The notes under the pieces are model-generated. The model saw only the letters and a program-made list of their open reading frames with translations. It did not search any database and was not told the DNA's origin. Both the position numbers and the translations under genes were made by a program. This document shows positions 13,584 to 25,664 of a stretch of DNA of 64,000 nucleotides, piece after piece (within the stretch, counting starts at the first letter, position 1; each line of letters begins with the position of its first letter). The stretch is from Eledone cirrhosa (Eukaryota), in contig OZ024762.1 in NCBI GenBank assembly GCA_964016885.1, positions 21,080,001 to 21,144,000 of the forward strand. Reading direction: 5' to 3'.

Positions 13584-14800
13584 GTCTGTACTTTTTATAT
13601 TTATTATTATTATTGTTGTTGAGGGTCGGACACCATGCTTTGACGCATAGTTACGGCCCTTGCCATTCTGAGTTTGAATCCCGCCGAGGTTGACTTTGCC
13701 TTTCATGCTTACGGGGTTGATAAAATAAAGTACCAGTAATACACTGGTTAATTGCTGGCCTTGTGCCTAAAGTAGGAACAATTATTATTATTGTTGTTGC
13801 TGTTGTCACTACACCTTAATTTTAATACCAAGCTATCTAAAACTGCCACTGGTTTTATGATAAAAAGTTGTTTATTTCAAAGAGTTTATATTTATGTAAA
13901 AACTTTCCATCATAATTCTATGTAAGACTATGAAACTGTTAATTTGTTAAATGTCTAACTAATACCACAGAGTGAATTCTAAGATGGTTGTAAATCTTGC
14001 CCTGACTAGACAGAACACTCATGTGTATGCATATATATATGTGCGTCTGTATCTCTCTCTCTCTCTCTAGAGAGAGAGAGTTCCATGACAAATTAGCAAA
14101 CTAAGTTGGAATTAACTCTATACCAAACTCAACCTTTTGACTGAGTGCTCTACCAACTTTGGATATAACATATGCATATATTGCATATATATAATCATAT
14201 CTGGGAAAAGCAAACGATAAGAAAGAATCTTTACTTACTTACTTACTTTTCCTACTGTAGTTTCATTGAGAAAATAACAATACTCCGAGTATTGCAAGAA
14301 ATCTCAAATCATCAGGAGACTCTCAAAGTCAAGAAAGAAAATTCAGGACAGAAAAAATTTGTCCTTGTTGTTTGTTATCAATGATAATTTCAAAAGGAAG
14401 AAAGATCACATGATTGGTGGTCAACAGGAGGGTAGTAAGGTGGACGTTGGCAGGTAGTGCGCTGCTAGAAAAAGCAGTCCGATTCAGCCAAATATATACA
14501 TACATATATATACATATATATATATATATATGCAGTCCACCACTGGGGTCGATTCTTCCTCGATAGAAAAACTCAGCTGTATTCACCTGGAGAGGGTGGG
14601 GCTCCGCCAGGTTTAAAAGTGTCCTAGACATGCCGTTTGACGGTGCCTCTACGACTCCACAAGGAGTTATGGGATCTTTATCCTTTATTTAATATATGTG
14701 TGTGTGTGTGTGTGTAAAGGGTAAACAGAAATGACAAAACAAACGGCACAGTATGTTGAAGAAATATATTAGCTTAACGCTTGAAATAGCAGGAAGAGGG

Positions 14801-14836
14801 TTTTAACGTTTCGGATGCTAGTCCTTCATCAGAAGA
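14801..14836 (-). ncRNA. Degenerate minimal hammerhead (CUGAUGA-A-GGA...UCC-GAAACGUU)
   Basis: Minus strand ctt CTGATGA aggactagcatcc GAAA cgtt aaaa; helix I is weak; same family at 28981-29006 (+, truncated) and ~46163-46200 (-, mutated). Confidence 0.45.
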
Positions 14837-14958
14837 AAGAATGAGAAATTAAAAATATTGAGGGGAAGGGCAGGGCGGAATCGGAAAAAAAACACACACA
14901 TCTTTAATAATAAAACCTGTTTTACCATTTTTTTCATTTCTTTTCTTTGAATTTTCAG

Positions 14959-15078
14959 ATAGCTACACCTGCCCTTGTTTATGGGTTGGCACCAGTTTAG
15001 GATCTGTCTTAGTCATTGTACTTAATCTTCCTTCACAAGAACAAAGAAATTATCAGCCTGTGATTGTGTCTCCAAGTG
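14959..15078 (+). CDS. STXBP5: Tomosyn exon: DSYTCPCLWVGTSLGSVLVIVLNLPSQEQRNYQPVIVSPS
   Basis: ttttcag/gtgagt, phase 1-1; PCLWVGT.LG.VLVI.LNLP and QPVIVSPSG tomosyn motifs. Confidence 0.95.
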
Positions 15079-15339
15079 GTGAGTTCTTTGTCTTTGGGTA
15101 ACCATTTCAAACATCAATGTCTTAGAACGCCCTTGACTTAACTACTTAACTATTGTCTCTGAGTTTCATCTGATATTGTAAAAAAAAAAATAAATAAATA
15201 AAATGGTGGTGCCCTAGCATGCCATCAATCAGCTGAAACAGGTAAAAGAGTAAAAGCAGAATCATGGGGTTTGAGAGGGCTCTACATTTTGGATAGACAT
15301 GTGACAACCTTTCTAGTGTTGGTGTCACGATATGTTGCA

Positions 15340-16400
15340 CCCGATGCTGGTGCTACAGAAAAGAAAAATACCCAGTTCACCCTATAAGGTAGTGGTGCTG
15401 GTGCCACAACAAAAAGCACCCAGTCTCCCTTGTAAGGTGGTAGTGTTGGTGTCACAACAAAAAGCACCCAGTCCCCCTTGTAAGGTGGTAGTGTTGGTGT
15501 CACAACAAAAAGCACCCAGTCCCCCTTGTAAGGTGGTAGTGTTGGTGTCACAACAAAAAGCACCCAGTCCCCCTTGTAAGGTGGTAGTGTTGGTGTCACA
15601 ACAAAAAGCACCCAGTCCCCCTTGTAAGGTGGTAGTGTTGGTGTCGCAACAAAAAGCACCCAGTCCCCCTTGTAAGGTGGTAGTGTTGGTGTCACAACAA
15701 AAAGCACCCAGTCCCCCTTGTAAGGTGGTAGTATTGGTGTCACAACAAAAAGCACCCAGTCCCCCTTGTAAGGTGATAGTGCTGGTGTCACAACAAAAAG
15801 CACCCAGTCCACCTTGTAAGGTGGTAGTGTTGGTGTCACAACAAAAAGCACCCAGTCCCCCTTGTAAGGTGGTAGTGCTGGTGTCACAACAAAAAGCACC
15901 CAGTCCCCCTTGTAAGGTGGTAGTGCTGGTGTCACAACAAAAAGCACCCAGTCCCCCTTGTAAGGTGGTAGTATTGGTGTCACAACAAAAAGCACCCAGT
16001 CCCCCTTGTAAGGTGGTAGTGTTGGTGTCACAACAAAAAGCACCCAGTCCCCCTTGTAAGGTGGTAGTGTTGGTGTCACAACAAAAAGCACCCAGTCCCC
16101 CTTGTAAGGTGGTAGTGCTGGTGTCACAACAAAAAGCACCCAGTCCACCTTGTAAGGTGATAGTGCTGGTGTCACAACAAAAAGCACCCAGTCCACCTTG
16201 TAAGGTGATAGTGCTGGTGTCACAACAAAAAGCACCCAGTCCACCTTGTAAGGTGATAGTGCTGGTGTCACAACAAAAAGCACCCAGTACACCCTGTAAG
16301 GTGGAATTGCTGGTGTCTCAACAAAATGCAGCCACTCTACCCTGTAAAGTGGTAGTGCTGGGGCCACAAAAAACACCCAAACTGTACACCCTGCAAGGTG
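15340..16400. repeat. 48-bp minisatellite (~21 copies) amplified from an internal SINE segment
   Basis: Unit aaaagcacccagtcccccttgtaaggtggtagtgttggtgtcacaaca; runs into the SINE-type tail ttaggaaggacgtccagctatagaaa. Confidence 0.93.
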
Positions 16401-16764
16401 GGTGGCATTAGGAAGGACGTCCAGCTATAGAAACCATGCCAAATATGGAACATATGAGTAGACTCAGTTCCTCTACTTCTTCCCCCTCCTCACCATCTTC
16501 ATCATCATCATCATTAATATCATCATCATCATCATTATCATTATAAGGGCAGTGGATTGGCAGTATCAGTAGAGCATCGGACACCATGCTTTGCAGTCTG
16601 GAGTTATGGCCCTTTGCGTTCTGAGTTCAAATCCTGCCGAGGTTAGCTTTGCCTTTCACCCTTACGGGCTCGATAAAATAAAGTACCAGTAATGCACTGG
16701 GGCTTGATTTAATCGACTTCCTCTTTCCCAAAAAAATTACTGGCCTTGTGCCTATATAAGAAAC

Positions 16765-16823
<59 letters not shown>

Positions 16824-16829
16824 TTGCAG

Positions 16830-16967
16830 GTACCATATTCAGGCTAAAAGGTGCCATCCTTACCATGTCGTTCTTAGACTGCAACGGTGTCTTGGTACCA
16901 GACGCATCAGTTCAGTGGGAAGGCAAATCAAAGTTGAAAATAGAACCAAAAGATATGCAACCACCAA
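16830..16967 (+). CDS. STXBP5: Tomosyn exon: GTIFRLKGAILTMSFLDCNGVLVPDASVQWEGKSKLKIEPKDMQPP
   Basis: ttgcag/gtaagt, phase 1-1; GTI.RLKGAIL.M.FLD motif. Confidence 0.95.
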
Positions 16968-18571
16968 GTAAGTATACAATGACAGCATCTCAGAGAAATT
17001 GGTGAGAATTTCTGTTTTGAGAGGGCTCTTCATTTTGGATAGACATGTGACAACCTTTCTAGTGTTGGTGTCACGATATGTTGCACCCGATGCTGGTGCC
17101 ACAGAAAAGAAAAATACCCAGTTCACCCTATAAGTCACCCTATAAATTAAATTTCTGTGAATAATAAAAAAAAAAAAAAAAGAATGATAGTCTAAATCAG
17201 TCATGGGCAACCTGCGGCCCTTAAGCTTTCTGAATGGCTCGTCTAAGTCACCTAAGTGAAATCTTTCTGATTTTTTTACCCCAAATTTTCAGTCGTAATT
17301 TATCTTTCTATCATTTTTACGATCAAGCAAAACAACGTGTACAAATTCTGAAGAAACAAATCAAAACAACCTGAGTTACTGCCCTCTTTTTTAATGTGGG
17401 TACGAATGTAAATTAGTCATCGTGACCAAATGGGGTCTTCATGGCTTTAACCCTTTAGCATTTACATTACTCTCTATTTACTATTGAATTTTCATGGTAA
17501 ACACTTTATCTCACATAATATTGAATTTACGAGATTTTGATATTATTTATTTTGAGAACAATACCTTAACATAAATATGAGCAGCCAGTTTGAACAGAAA
17601 GAGGTAAGATAGTTCTGATCGGATATGGCTGGTTAAAATAAGAAAAGAAAAAATGTTGGAGGCTTTGGTGGAATGGTAGTATTCCTGCCTGGTGAACCTG
17701 AAGGTGTGGGTTTGAGTTCCACAAGTGCTAATGTCCATTTATTTTTCGTTATGGAGCCTTATATGCTTTATTTGCTCACTCTGATCGATCGTCAAGATCT
17801 CAGCCCTCATTTATCTGCCAAATTGGGTGGATCTCATCAAATTGGACCAAGGAAACAGTGTTTCCATTAATCTTTCCATTGCTGATACTATCTACCAGTT
17901 GCAACGCCTGGCAGAAGGAGCAACATGAAATAAAGTGTCTTGCTCAAGGACACATCACATCCCCCGGTCCATGAATTGAACTCACAACCTCACAATTGCG
18001 AATCCAACTCTCTAAACCACTAAACCTCCTGTCTTCACTTATGCTTTATTACTTAGACTATTTTTCTATAGTAAAAAAAATTCGATAAACGTTCGTTTTC
18101 ATGGATTTCAAATTCCACTCATCATTCCTAAACACACATTGATATGGTGCTCCTCCTATATATGAATTCTTCAAAAATATTTGAGGACCCTTCAGTTTGT
18201 GTCAAAAGACATGACAACTTCTCCTCTGCACTTGATAGAATGTATGACCATATATATGTAAGCAGGATGTAGACCCCTCGGCTTATCTGTGAAGCCAGTA
18301 GCCTCACTTCAGTACTTACTTAGTCTATGTAGACCCATCCAACCCTTGCAAGGAGAGAAAGCAGACATTAAACGATGCTGATGATGAAATCGCGCCCCTC
18401 TTGTATATAAAGTCTACAAAAATATTTGAGGAATGACAAATTCAATTAATTAAAATGGTGCCTTTTTTCCTTGATGTTCTAAGTATGTGCTTATTTTGTT
18501 TAATAGTTAATGTAGCCCTCCATCAAACACACAATGGTATTAACTGTTTTATTTAATTTGTGCTATTTCAG

Positions 18572-18672
18572 AACCCAATGCTGGGATAAATTATAAAAAA
18601 GTGTCTCCTACGACAGTTTTAGAAGTCAGTGATCGACAATTTGCAATAATCTGTTCTGAAAAACAAGCGAGA
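18572..18672 (+). CDS. STXBP5: Tomosyn exon: KPNAGINYKKVSPTTVLEVSDRQFAIICSEKQAR
   Basis: tttcag/gtatgt, phase 1-0; Q.A.ICSEKQA motif. Confidence 0.93.
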
Positions 18673-18761
18673 GTATGTATCTTTTTTGTTTTACTTCTCA
18701 TTCTGCATTCCTGTGTTGCTTTATCTTTCATTAATACTGTGTGTGTGTATATATATATAAT

Positions 18762-19075
18762 GGAGGCACATGGCTTAGTGGTTAGAGCATTGGCTTTGCA
18801 ATCGAAAGGTTGAGAGTTCAATTCTCAGACCGGGTGGATGTGTTGTTTCCTTGAGCAAGACACTTTATTTCACATTGCTCCAGTTTACTCAGCTGTAGAA
18901 ATGAGATGATAGGGACTGGGATCCATATCATTCCATGGCAAAAAAGCACCCAGCACTCACTGTAAATGAGGTTGGTGTTAGGAAGGGCATCCAGCTGTAG
19001 AAATCAAGCCAGAATCAGTTCCCATCCCACCCTTGCAAGCAGGGAAAAGCGGATGTAAAATGAAATGATGATGAT
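18762..19075 (+). mobile_element. CORE-like tRNA-derived SINE family B. Other copies: + at 21207-21590, ~54371-54480; - at ~17860-18040, 53716-54048, 59920-60112, 61510-61841
   Basis: Head ggaggcacatggcttagtggttagagc...gagttcaattc; central tccttgagcaagacacttta resembling the CORE domain; 3' tail cccacccttgcaagcagggaaaagcgga..(GAT)n. Confidence 0.85.
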
Positions 19076-19140
19076 ATATATATATATATATATGTATATA
19101 CACATACATATATACATACATACATGTATATATACATATA

Positions 19141-19325
19141 TGGAAGAAAGACGCAGTAGAGGAAGACCACAAAAATCATGGGTGGAGGTGGTGAGAGCTG
19201 ACCCCAGATCGCTGAAGCTCACAGAGGAAATGCCGAAGGACCATGACGAATGGAGAGATGCTGTGCTGAAGAGGACGCGTCCCACCCTTGCAAGCTAGGA
19301 AAAGCGGATGTATGATGATGATGAT
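19141..19325 (+). mobile_element. RTE LINE 3' terminal fragment
   Basis: RRSRGRPQKSWVEVVRAD..LKLTEEM...WRDAV then a (GAT)n tail. Confidence 0.8.
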
Positions 19326-19336
19326 ACATATATATG

Positions 19337-19389
<53 letters not shown>

Positions 19390-20014
19390 TCAGCGAGAAT
19401 TGTATTTCGGCTGGTAGAAAAAGGGAAACGAAGCGCAAAATCGTAGAAATGCTGGCAAGTGCTCCAATAGTTAAGAAAACTAGAGCTAAACAATATGTTA
19501 AAACACCATACAAACTGAAAAGTGGTCAAGAAGGCATTAACCACCTAAGCCAAAAAACAAATCAAGCTAAACAGGTCAAACAAAATAAATGATAAAAACA
19601 GACCTGGACCCAATATATATATATATATCTATTCAGTCGGCAAATTGGCAGTCATTAGAACATTGAATAGAGTGCTTTGTGATATTCCTTCTAGGACTCT
19701 GCTCTCTGTTAAATTCCTGCCAAGGTCAATTTTACCTTTCAACCTTTCGAGCTCGATAAAAATGTGCCTGTTTAGTACTGGGGTTGATTCTTCCTCTGTA
19801 TCTGTTTCTCACTTTCTTTCTATCACTCTTTACCCTTCTCTGGAAGAATTCTGCTATACTCAGGCCTGGAAAGGGGAGAGGCTCTGCCAGGTTTTAAAAA
19901 TGGCTTTACCAATGCTGTATGTCAATGGGAAAATGGACATTATGTGGTGATGATGATGATGATGATAAGTATATCTCTCCATACTACTGATATTTCTGTC
20001 TCTCTATTTTTCAG

Positions 20015-20105
20015 GTTATGTCTTTACCTTCCCAGACATGTGCGTACAAGGTGAAGATCACAGACACTTCTTTTGTTGTCAAATCAGAGATTGTATCAAT
20101 CAAAG
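20015..20105 (+). CDS. STXBP5: Tomosyn exon: VMSLPSQTCAYKVKITDTSFVVKSEIVSIK
   Basis: tttttcag/gtattt, phase 0-1; SLP.Q.CAYK..IT.TSFV motif. Confidence 0.95.
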
Positions 20106-20261
20106 GTATTTCTTATATTATACATGTTCTTCCTGATCTTCAGTGTGATGAAGCAATAACAGCAAGAGGGATGGTCATGTTTGGAATGGTTGGAAAACTA
20201 ATCAATTGATTTAAAGAAAAGAAAATGGAATGATTCTTTCATTAAATAAAAAAAAAAAATA

Positions 20262-20295
<34 letters not shown>

Positions 20296-20309
20296 TAAAT
20301 TCAAAGGGG

Positions 20310-20341
<32 letters not shown>

Positions 20342-20449
20342 GACATAGTCACAGATACATACTCTATGTATATATATATATATATATATAGTGGTAGAAC
20401 ACTGGAAGGTAATATCTGTAGTGGTAGAGCACTCAGTCCATGGGACGAG

Positions 20450-20491
<42 letters not shown>

Positions 20492-20550
20492 CAAGGCTCT
20501 GATACCATCAACACTATACACACAGAGCTGGCATATCTAAGAACTGACTA

Positions 20551-20606
20551 ACTGCCTGATGAGGTCATAGCCATTCAATGGCTATCATCGAAATATTTAT
20601 AGCAGT
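20551..20606 (+). ncRNA. Minimal type I hammerhead ribozyme motif (sense, tomosyn intron)
   Basis: actgc CTGATGA ggtcatagccatt-c-aatggctatcatc GAAA tatttaTA gcagt; helix I actgc/gcagt; G10.1-C11.1 pair; predicted cleavage after 20601; insert flanked by (TA)n. Confidence 0.8.
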
Positions 20607-21741
20607 AAATAAAGGATTATGAGTTCATGCAATTGACTTATGTTTCGTCACTCTATATATATATATATATATATATAGTAATAATAATAAATTTGAAGAC
20701 TAAAATCCAAAGAGGGCTCGATAAGGATAAATATATATCAAATATATAAGAACCGTAGGGCAAATATTTATTTAATCTGTTATTTTAATAAATATATATA
20801 TATATATATATATATAAACAGTACTGTAAAGGAAATAATGGCTTTTCCACTTTAACTCTAGTATTTACATTACTCTATATATACTATTGTATTTTCATGG
20901 TAAACACTTTATCTCACATAATTATCTCAGGTAATACGAATCTGAGATTTTGATATTATTTATTTTGAGAACAATACCTTAACCCTTTAGCATTCACATT
21001 ATTTTATATAATTACTATTATATTTTCATGGTAAAGGCTTTATCTTGCATAGTTATCTCACATAATATCGAATCTATGAGATTTTGAAAGTATTTATTTT
21101 GAGAACAATACCTTAACATCAGTTTGAGCGACCAGTTACAGAGGTTGTTACATGAGGTTGTAAGTTCGATTCCTGGACTGGGCAATATATATATATATAT
21201 ATATATGGAGGCACATGGCTTAGTGGTTAGAGCATTGGCTTTTCAATCGAAAGGTTGTGACTTCAATTCTCAGACCGGGTGATGTGCTGTTTCCTTGAGC
21301 AAGACACTTTATTTCACATTGCTCCAGTTCACTCAGATGTAGAAATGAGATGATAGGAACTGGGGTCCGTATTATTCCACTGCAAAGGGGTCGTGGAGGT
21401 GCCACGGCAAAAAAGCACCCAGCACTCACTGTAAAGTGGACATGTAGGCGCCATGGACAAAAAGCACCTAGCACTCACTGTAAATGAGGTTGGTGTTAGG
21501 AAGGGCATCCAGCTGTAGAAATGAAGCCAGAATCAGTTCCCGTCCACCCTTGCAAGCAGGGAAAAGCGGACTTAAAATGAAATGATGATATCTATAACAA
21601 CAATAATAATAATAATATTGTTATACTTTGGGAGGGTCATGCTGCCAATAAAAACACACGCACCTGTTGGTTTTCACTTCAATTTATTATAAACTTCCGA
21701 CTGGTTGGTTGGTTTGATAACTGGAAGATTGTTTATATATT

Positions 21742-21784
21742 GTCAAAGCTCTTTCATCTCACATTCTGTGACCTCCTCAGTGAC
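21742..21784 (-). ncRNA. Hammerhead motif, diverged copy of the 61975-62017 family
   Basis: gtca CTGAGGA ggtcacagaatgtgagat GAAA gagcTT tgac; the base of helix II is disrupted. Confidence 0.5.
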
Positions 21785-22399
21785 TAAGTTTTTATAATGA
21801 CAATGATTTGATAATAATATGAACGGACATTTTAAAAAAAACAAAATTGTCTATTCAAACTTGAATCAACACTTAATTAGATAATAGTTAAATCAAGTTA
21901 TATAAAAGAATCTTTCAATTTTAATTTTCTTAAATTTGCTTTTTAAGTTTTTTTGTGTTTGAAATGCTATGTGAATGTTTTTTTTATCCCTGATGCTGAT
22001 GTCAACCAGCTACCATCCTGCTTTCAATTTTTGTTTTTACATATAACATTTTAGTTTTATTAATTAGAATTTTCGACTTTATAACAAAAACAAAAACTAC
22101 TACTACCATTAATGATGATGTGAATAATGATGATGATAATAATAATAAGAAGAAGAAGAATGATAATAATGATGATAATGGTAATAATTGTTTCTACTTT
22201 AGGCACATGGCCAGCATGGTAATGGTAATAATGAGAATGATAATGATAATGATAATAATAATTGTTTCTACTTTAGGCACAAGGCCAGCAATTATCCAGT
22301 GCATTACTGGTACTTTATTTTATCGACCCCGTAAGGATGAAAGGCAGGATTTGAACTCAGATCGTAAAGGGACGTAACTATGCTGGAAAGCATGGCATC

Positions 22400-23470
22400 C
22401 GACCCTATAAGGTGGTAGTAGTGCTGGGGCCATGACAAAAGACATCCAGTCCACCCTATAAGGTGGAGTAGTGCTGGGGCCATGACAAAAGGCACCCAGT
22501 CCACCCTATAAGGTGGTAGTAGTGCTGGGGCCATGACAAAAGGCATCCAGTCCACCCTATAAGGTGGTAGTAGTGCCGGGGCCATGACAAAAGGTACCCA
22601 GTCCACCCTATAAGGTGGTAGTAGTGCTGGGGCCATGACAAAAGGTACCCAGTCCACCCTATAAGGTGGAGTAGTGCTGGGGCCATGACAAAAAGCACCC
22701 AGTCCACTCTACAAGGTAGTAAAGCTGAGGCCGTGATAAAAAGCACACAGTCCACCCTACAAGGTGTTTGTAGTGCTTCGGCTATGACAAAAAGCACACA
22801 GTCCATGCTGTAAAGTGGTTGGAAGTGTGGACATCCAGCCTTAGAAAACCAAACCAAACATGGAACATATGGTCACCTGACCTGTCTAGACTCATGATAT
22901 GACAGCCTGTGATGGGCCTGATGACTGTTTCACTCATACATTCCATTTTGGTAGGATTACAGAGTGGACTGGGTGTACTTTATAGTTACACTAGCACTGC
23001 CACTTTACAGAGTGTACTTTATCATTATGCCAGAACTGGACTGGTTGTGCCTTATATTACACCAGCACTACCACATTACAGAGTGGACTGGGTGTACTTT
23101 ATAGTTATACCAGCACTAACACATTACAGAGTGGACTGGGTGTACTTTATCATTATGCCAGAACTAACACTTTACATAGTGGACTGGGTTAGTTTTCTTG
23201 TGGCACCAGCACCACAGGGTGGACTAGGTGTACCTTATATTACACAAGAAACCAGAACTATCACTTTACAGGCTGGACTAGGTGCACCTTATAGTTCCAC
23301 TAGTACTACCTCTTTACAGAGTGGACTAGGTGTACCGTATAGTTACACCAGAAACCAGAACTATCTCTTTACAGGCCGGACTAGGTGTACCTTATAGTCA
23401 CACAAGAACTACCACTTTACAGAGTGGACTGGGTGTACCTTATAGTTACACAATAACTACCGCTTTATAG
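22400..23470. repeat. Two inverted arrays of the SINE-derived ~50-bp unit (+ 22400-22830; - 22960-23470)
   Basis: cacccagtccaccctataaggtggtagtagtgctgg repeats face the reverse-complement ccagcactaccacattacagagtggactgggtg repeats. Confidence 0.85.
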
Positions 23471-23514
23471 TTTATTAACAGTTACTAACCTCAACTTAAT
23501 TCTGCTTCTTACAG

Positions 23515-23623
23515 ATAGTGTCTGTCTTGCATGTTATATTGCAAATGGTCGCATCGTAACTTTCAGTTTACCCAGTTTAAAACCACTAATGGATGCTCCT
23601 TTCCAGCCTCTAACAGAAATAAG
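23515..23623 (+). CDS. STXBP5: Tomosyn exon: DSVCLACYIANGRIVTFSLPSLKPLMDAPFQPLTEI(R)
   Basis: cttacag/gtaact, phase 1-2; CLAC..ANG.I.TFSLPSL.PL.D motif. Confidence 0.95.
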
Positions 23624-23908
23624 GTAACTTTTTTCATTCTTCTCATCATCATCACCACCATCCTTTTACCATGCTTTCATCATCATCATTTTACCATCCT
23701 TTCATCATCGTCATCCATTTACCATCATTTCATTCTTCACATCATCCTTTCATCGTCATCATTTTACCATCCTTTCATCCTCATTATCTTTCTACCATCC
23801 TATCTTCACATCATCTTCATCCTTTACCATCCTTTAATTCTTATGATTATCATCTTTTCATCATCATCATCGTCTTCCATTTACCATCTTTCATTTTTGA
23901 CATCCTCC

Positions 23909-23939
<31 letters not shown>

Positions 23940-24789
23940 TGTCTCATCGATTTTTCCATTCCACTGGAAACTTCTGCCACATCTTCACTCGATCATCCTC
24001 CATGTACACCATGTGGGTTGGATGGGTCTTTTCTTGCATAGCGTCCCTCCACATGTTGCATTCCACTGGCATCTCCTCTTACATGTACATACACAAACAC
24101 ACATGTATACACATACATACAATTACAGACACACTAATACACATACAATGTTGTTGTTGCTGTTGTTGTTGTTATTGAACCTCTGTCAATTCCAAAGATC
24201 AGTGTTCCAGTTGATCAAACTACAGAACAGTCTGCTCTATGAAATTATTGTGCATCTGTACCCGTAATGTAATTCTCAGGGAGACTCAGTATGACTCAGT
24301 AAGTGATAAACCTAGACCCTATTGAATTACAGGCAAAACTCAATTTTGCCAGCTGAGTGGACTGGTCTGGTATGGTATGGTATGGTATGAACCCGTAACT
24401 CTTGGTGGAGTTATTAGGGGCCATATTAACATATAGCATTTTTAGGGCTCTTTTTAAAACCTGGTGGAGCCTATCTCCTCTACTGGCCAGAGTACAGCAG
24501 ATTTCTCCCTGAAAATGATAGAGAATGAGAGAGAGGAAGTGAGAAAGAGATAAAATGGAAGAATCGGCCCCTGGAAAATCATGAAATAAATTGTCTTGCT
24601 CAGACACAATACCCCACCAGGAATTGAACTCACATCATTAAGATGATTACAGGAGAGAAAATGAAAAATAATGTCTCAATATTTCTGTGTGTTGGTGTGT
24701 GTGTATGTGTGTATATGCATGTGTATATACATGTGTATGTATGCATGCGTGTGTGTCTGCATGCACGTGTGTGTCTGCATGTGTGTTAG

Positions 24790-25255
24790 TGTATGCATGT
24801 GTGTGTGTGTATATATATATGTGTTGTGTAAGTGTGTATATATGTGTGTATGCATGTGTGTGTGTATATATATATGTGTTGTGTAAGTGTGTATATATGT
24901 GTGTATGCATGTGTGTGTGTGTATATATATATGTGTTGTGTAAGTGTGTATATATGTGTGTATGCATGTGTGTGTGTGTATATATATATGTGTTGTGTAA
25001 GTGTGTATATATGTGTGTATGCATGTGTGTGTGTGTGTATATATATGTGTTGTGTAAGTGTGTATATATGTGTGTATGCATGTGTGTGTGTATATATATA
25101 TGTGTTGTGTAAGTGTGTATATATGTGTGTATGCATGTGTGTGTGTGTGTATATATATGTGTTGTGTAAGTGTGTATATATGTGTGTATGCATGTGTGTG
25201 TGTGTATATATATATATGTGTTGTGTAAGTGTGTATATATGTGTGTATGCATGTG
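24790..25255. repeat. ~56-bp microsatellite-derived minisatellite
   Basis: Repeating tgttgtgtaagtgtgtatatatgtgtgtatgcatgtgtgtg unit. Confidence 0.85.
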
Positions 25256-25568
25256 TATATACATGTGTATGTATGCATGCGTGTGTGTCTGCATGTGTGT
25301 TAGTGTATGCATGTGTGTGTGTGTATATATATATATGTGTGTGTGTGTGTGTAAGTGTGTATATATGTGTGTATGCATGTGTATATATGAAATCTCAGAC
25401 AGTGGGAAGTTTCATGTATGTACTTTACTTTTATCCATCCTTATATTTTCCCCCATACTACTCTGTCTTCATCTAAACTTCACATTAAACACAATTGGTT
25501 CATCTTCAATATAAAATATTTTGTTTTTCTTCTTTTTCTCACCGCTTCCCCCTCTTCTCTTATTGCAG

Positions 25569-25664
25569 AGTTGCACGAACTTTCTGCTTCAGCAACAATG
25601 GCCATGCTATGTATCTTTGTACACCTACAGAACTTCAGAAAGTTACATATTCTGCTGAAATGAG
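25569..25664 (+). CDS. STXBP5: Tomosyn exon: (R)VARTFCFSNNGHAMYLCTPTELQKVTYSAEM(R)
   Basis: ttgcag/gtacgt, phase 2-2; ARTFCF.NNG.A.YL..PTE.Q..TYS motif. Confidence 0.96.

Noticed and set aside
15282-16411. 359/364-aa repeat ORFs on both strands
   Set aside because: SINE-derived 48-bp tandem array lying inside a tomosyn intron.
18762-18835. tRNA gene
   Set aside because: A/B boxes are present but it continues into a SINE body and tail, occurs in many copies, and lacks a complete cloverleaf.
23645-23940. His/Ser/Ile-rich ORFs (also 32620-33090 and 58160-58760)
   Set aside because: Degenerate (CAT)n/(GGT)n/(TTA)n trinucleotide tracts.
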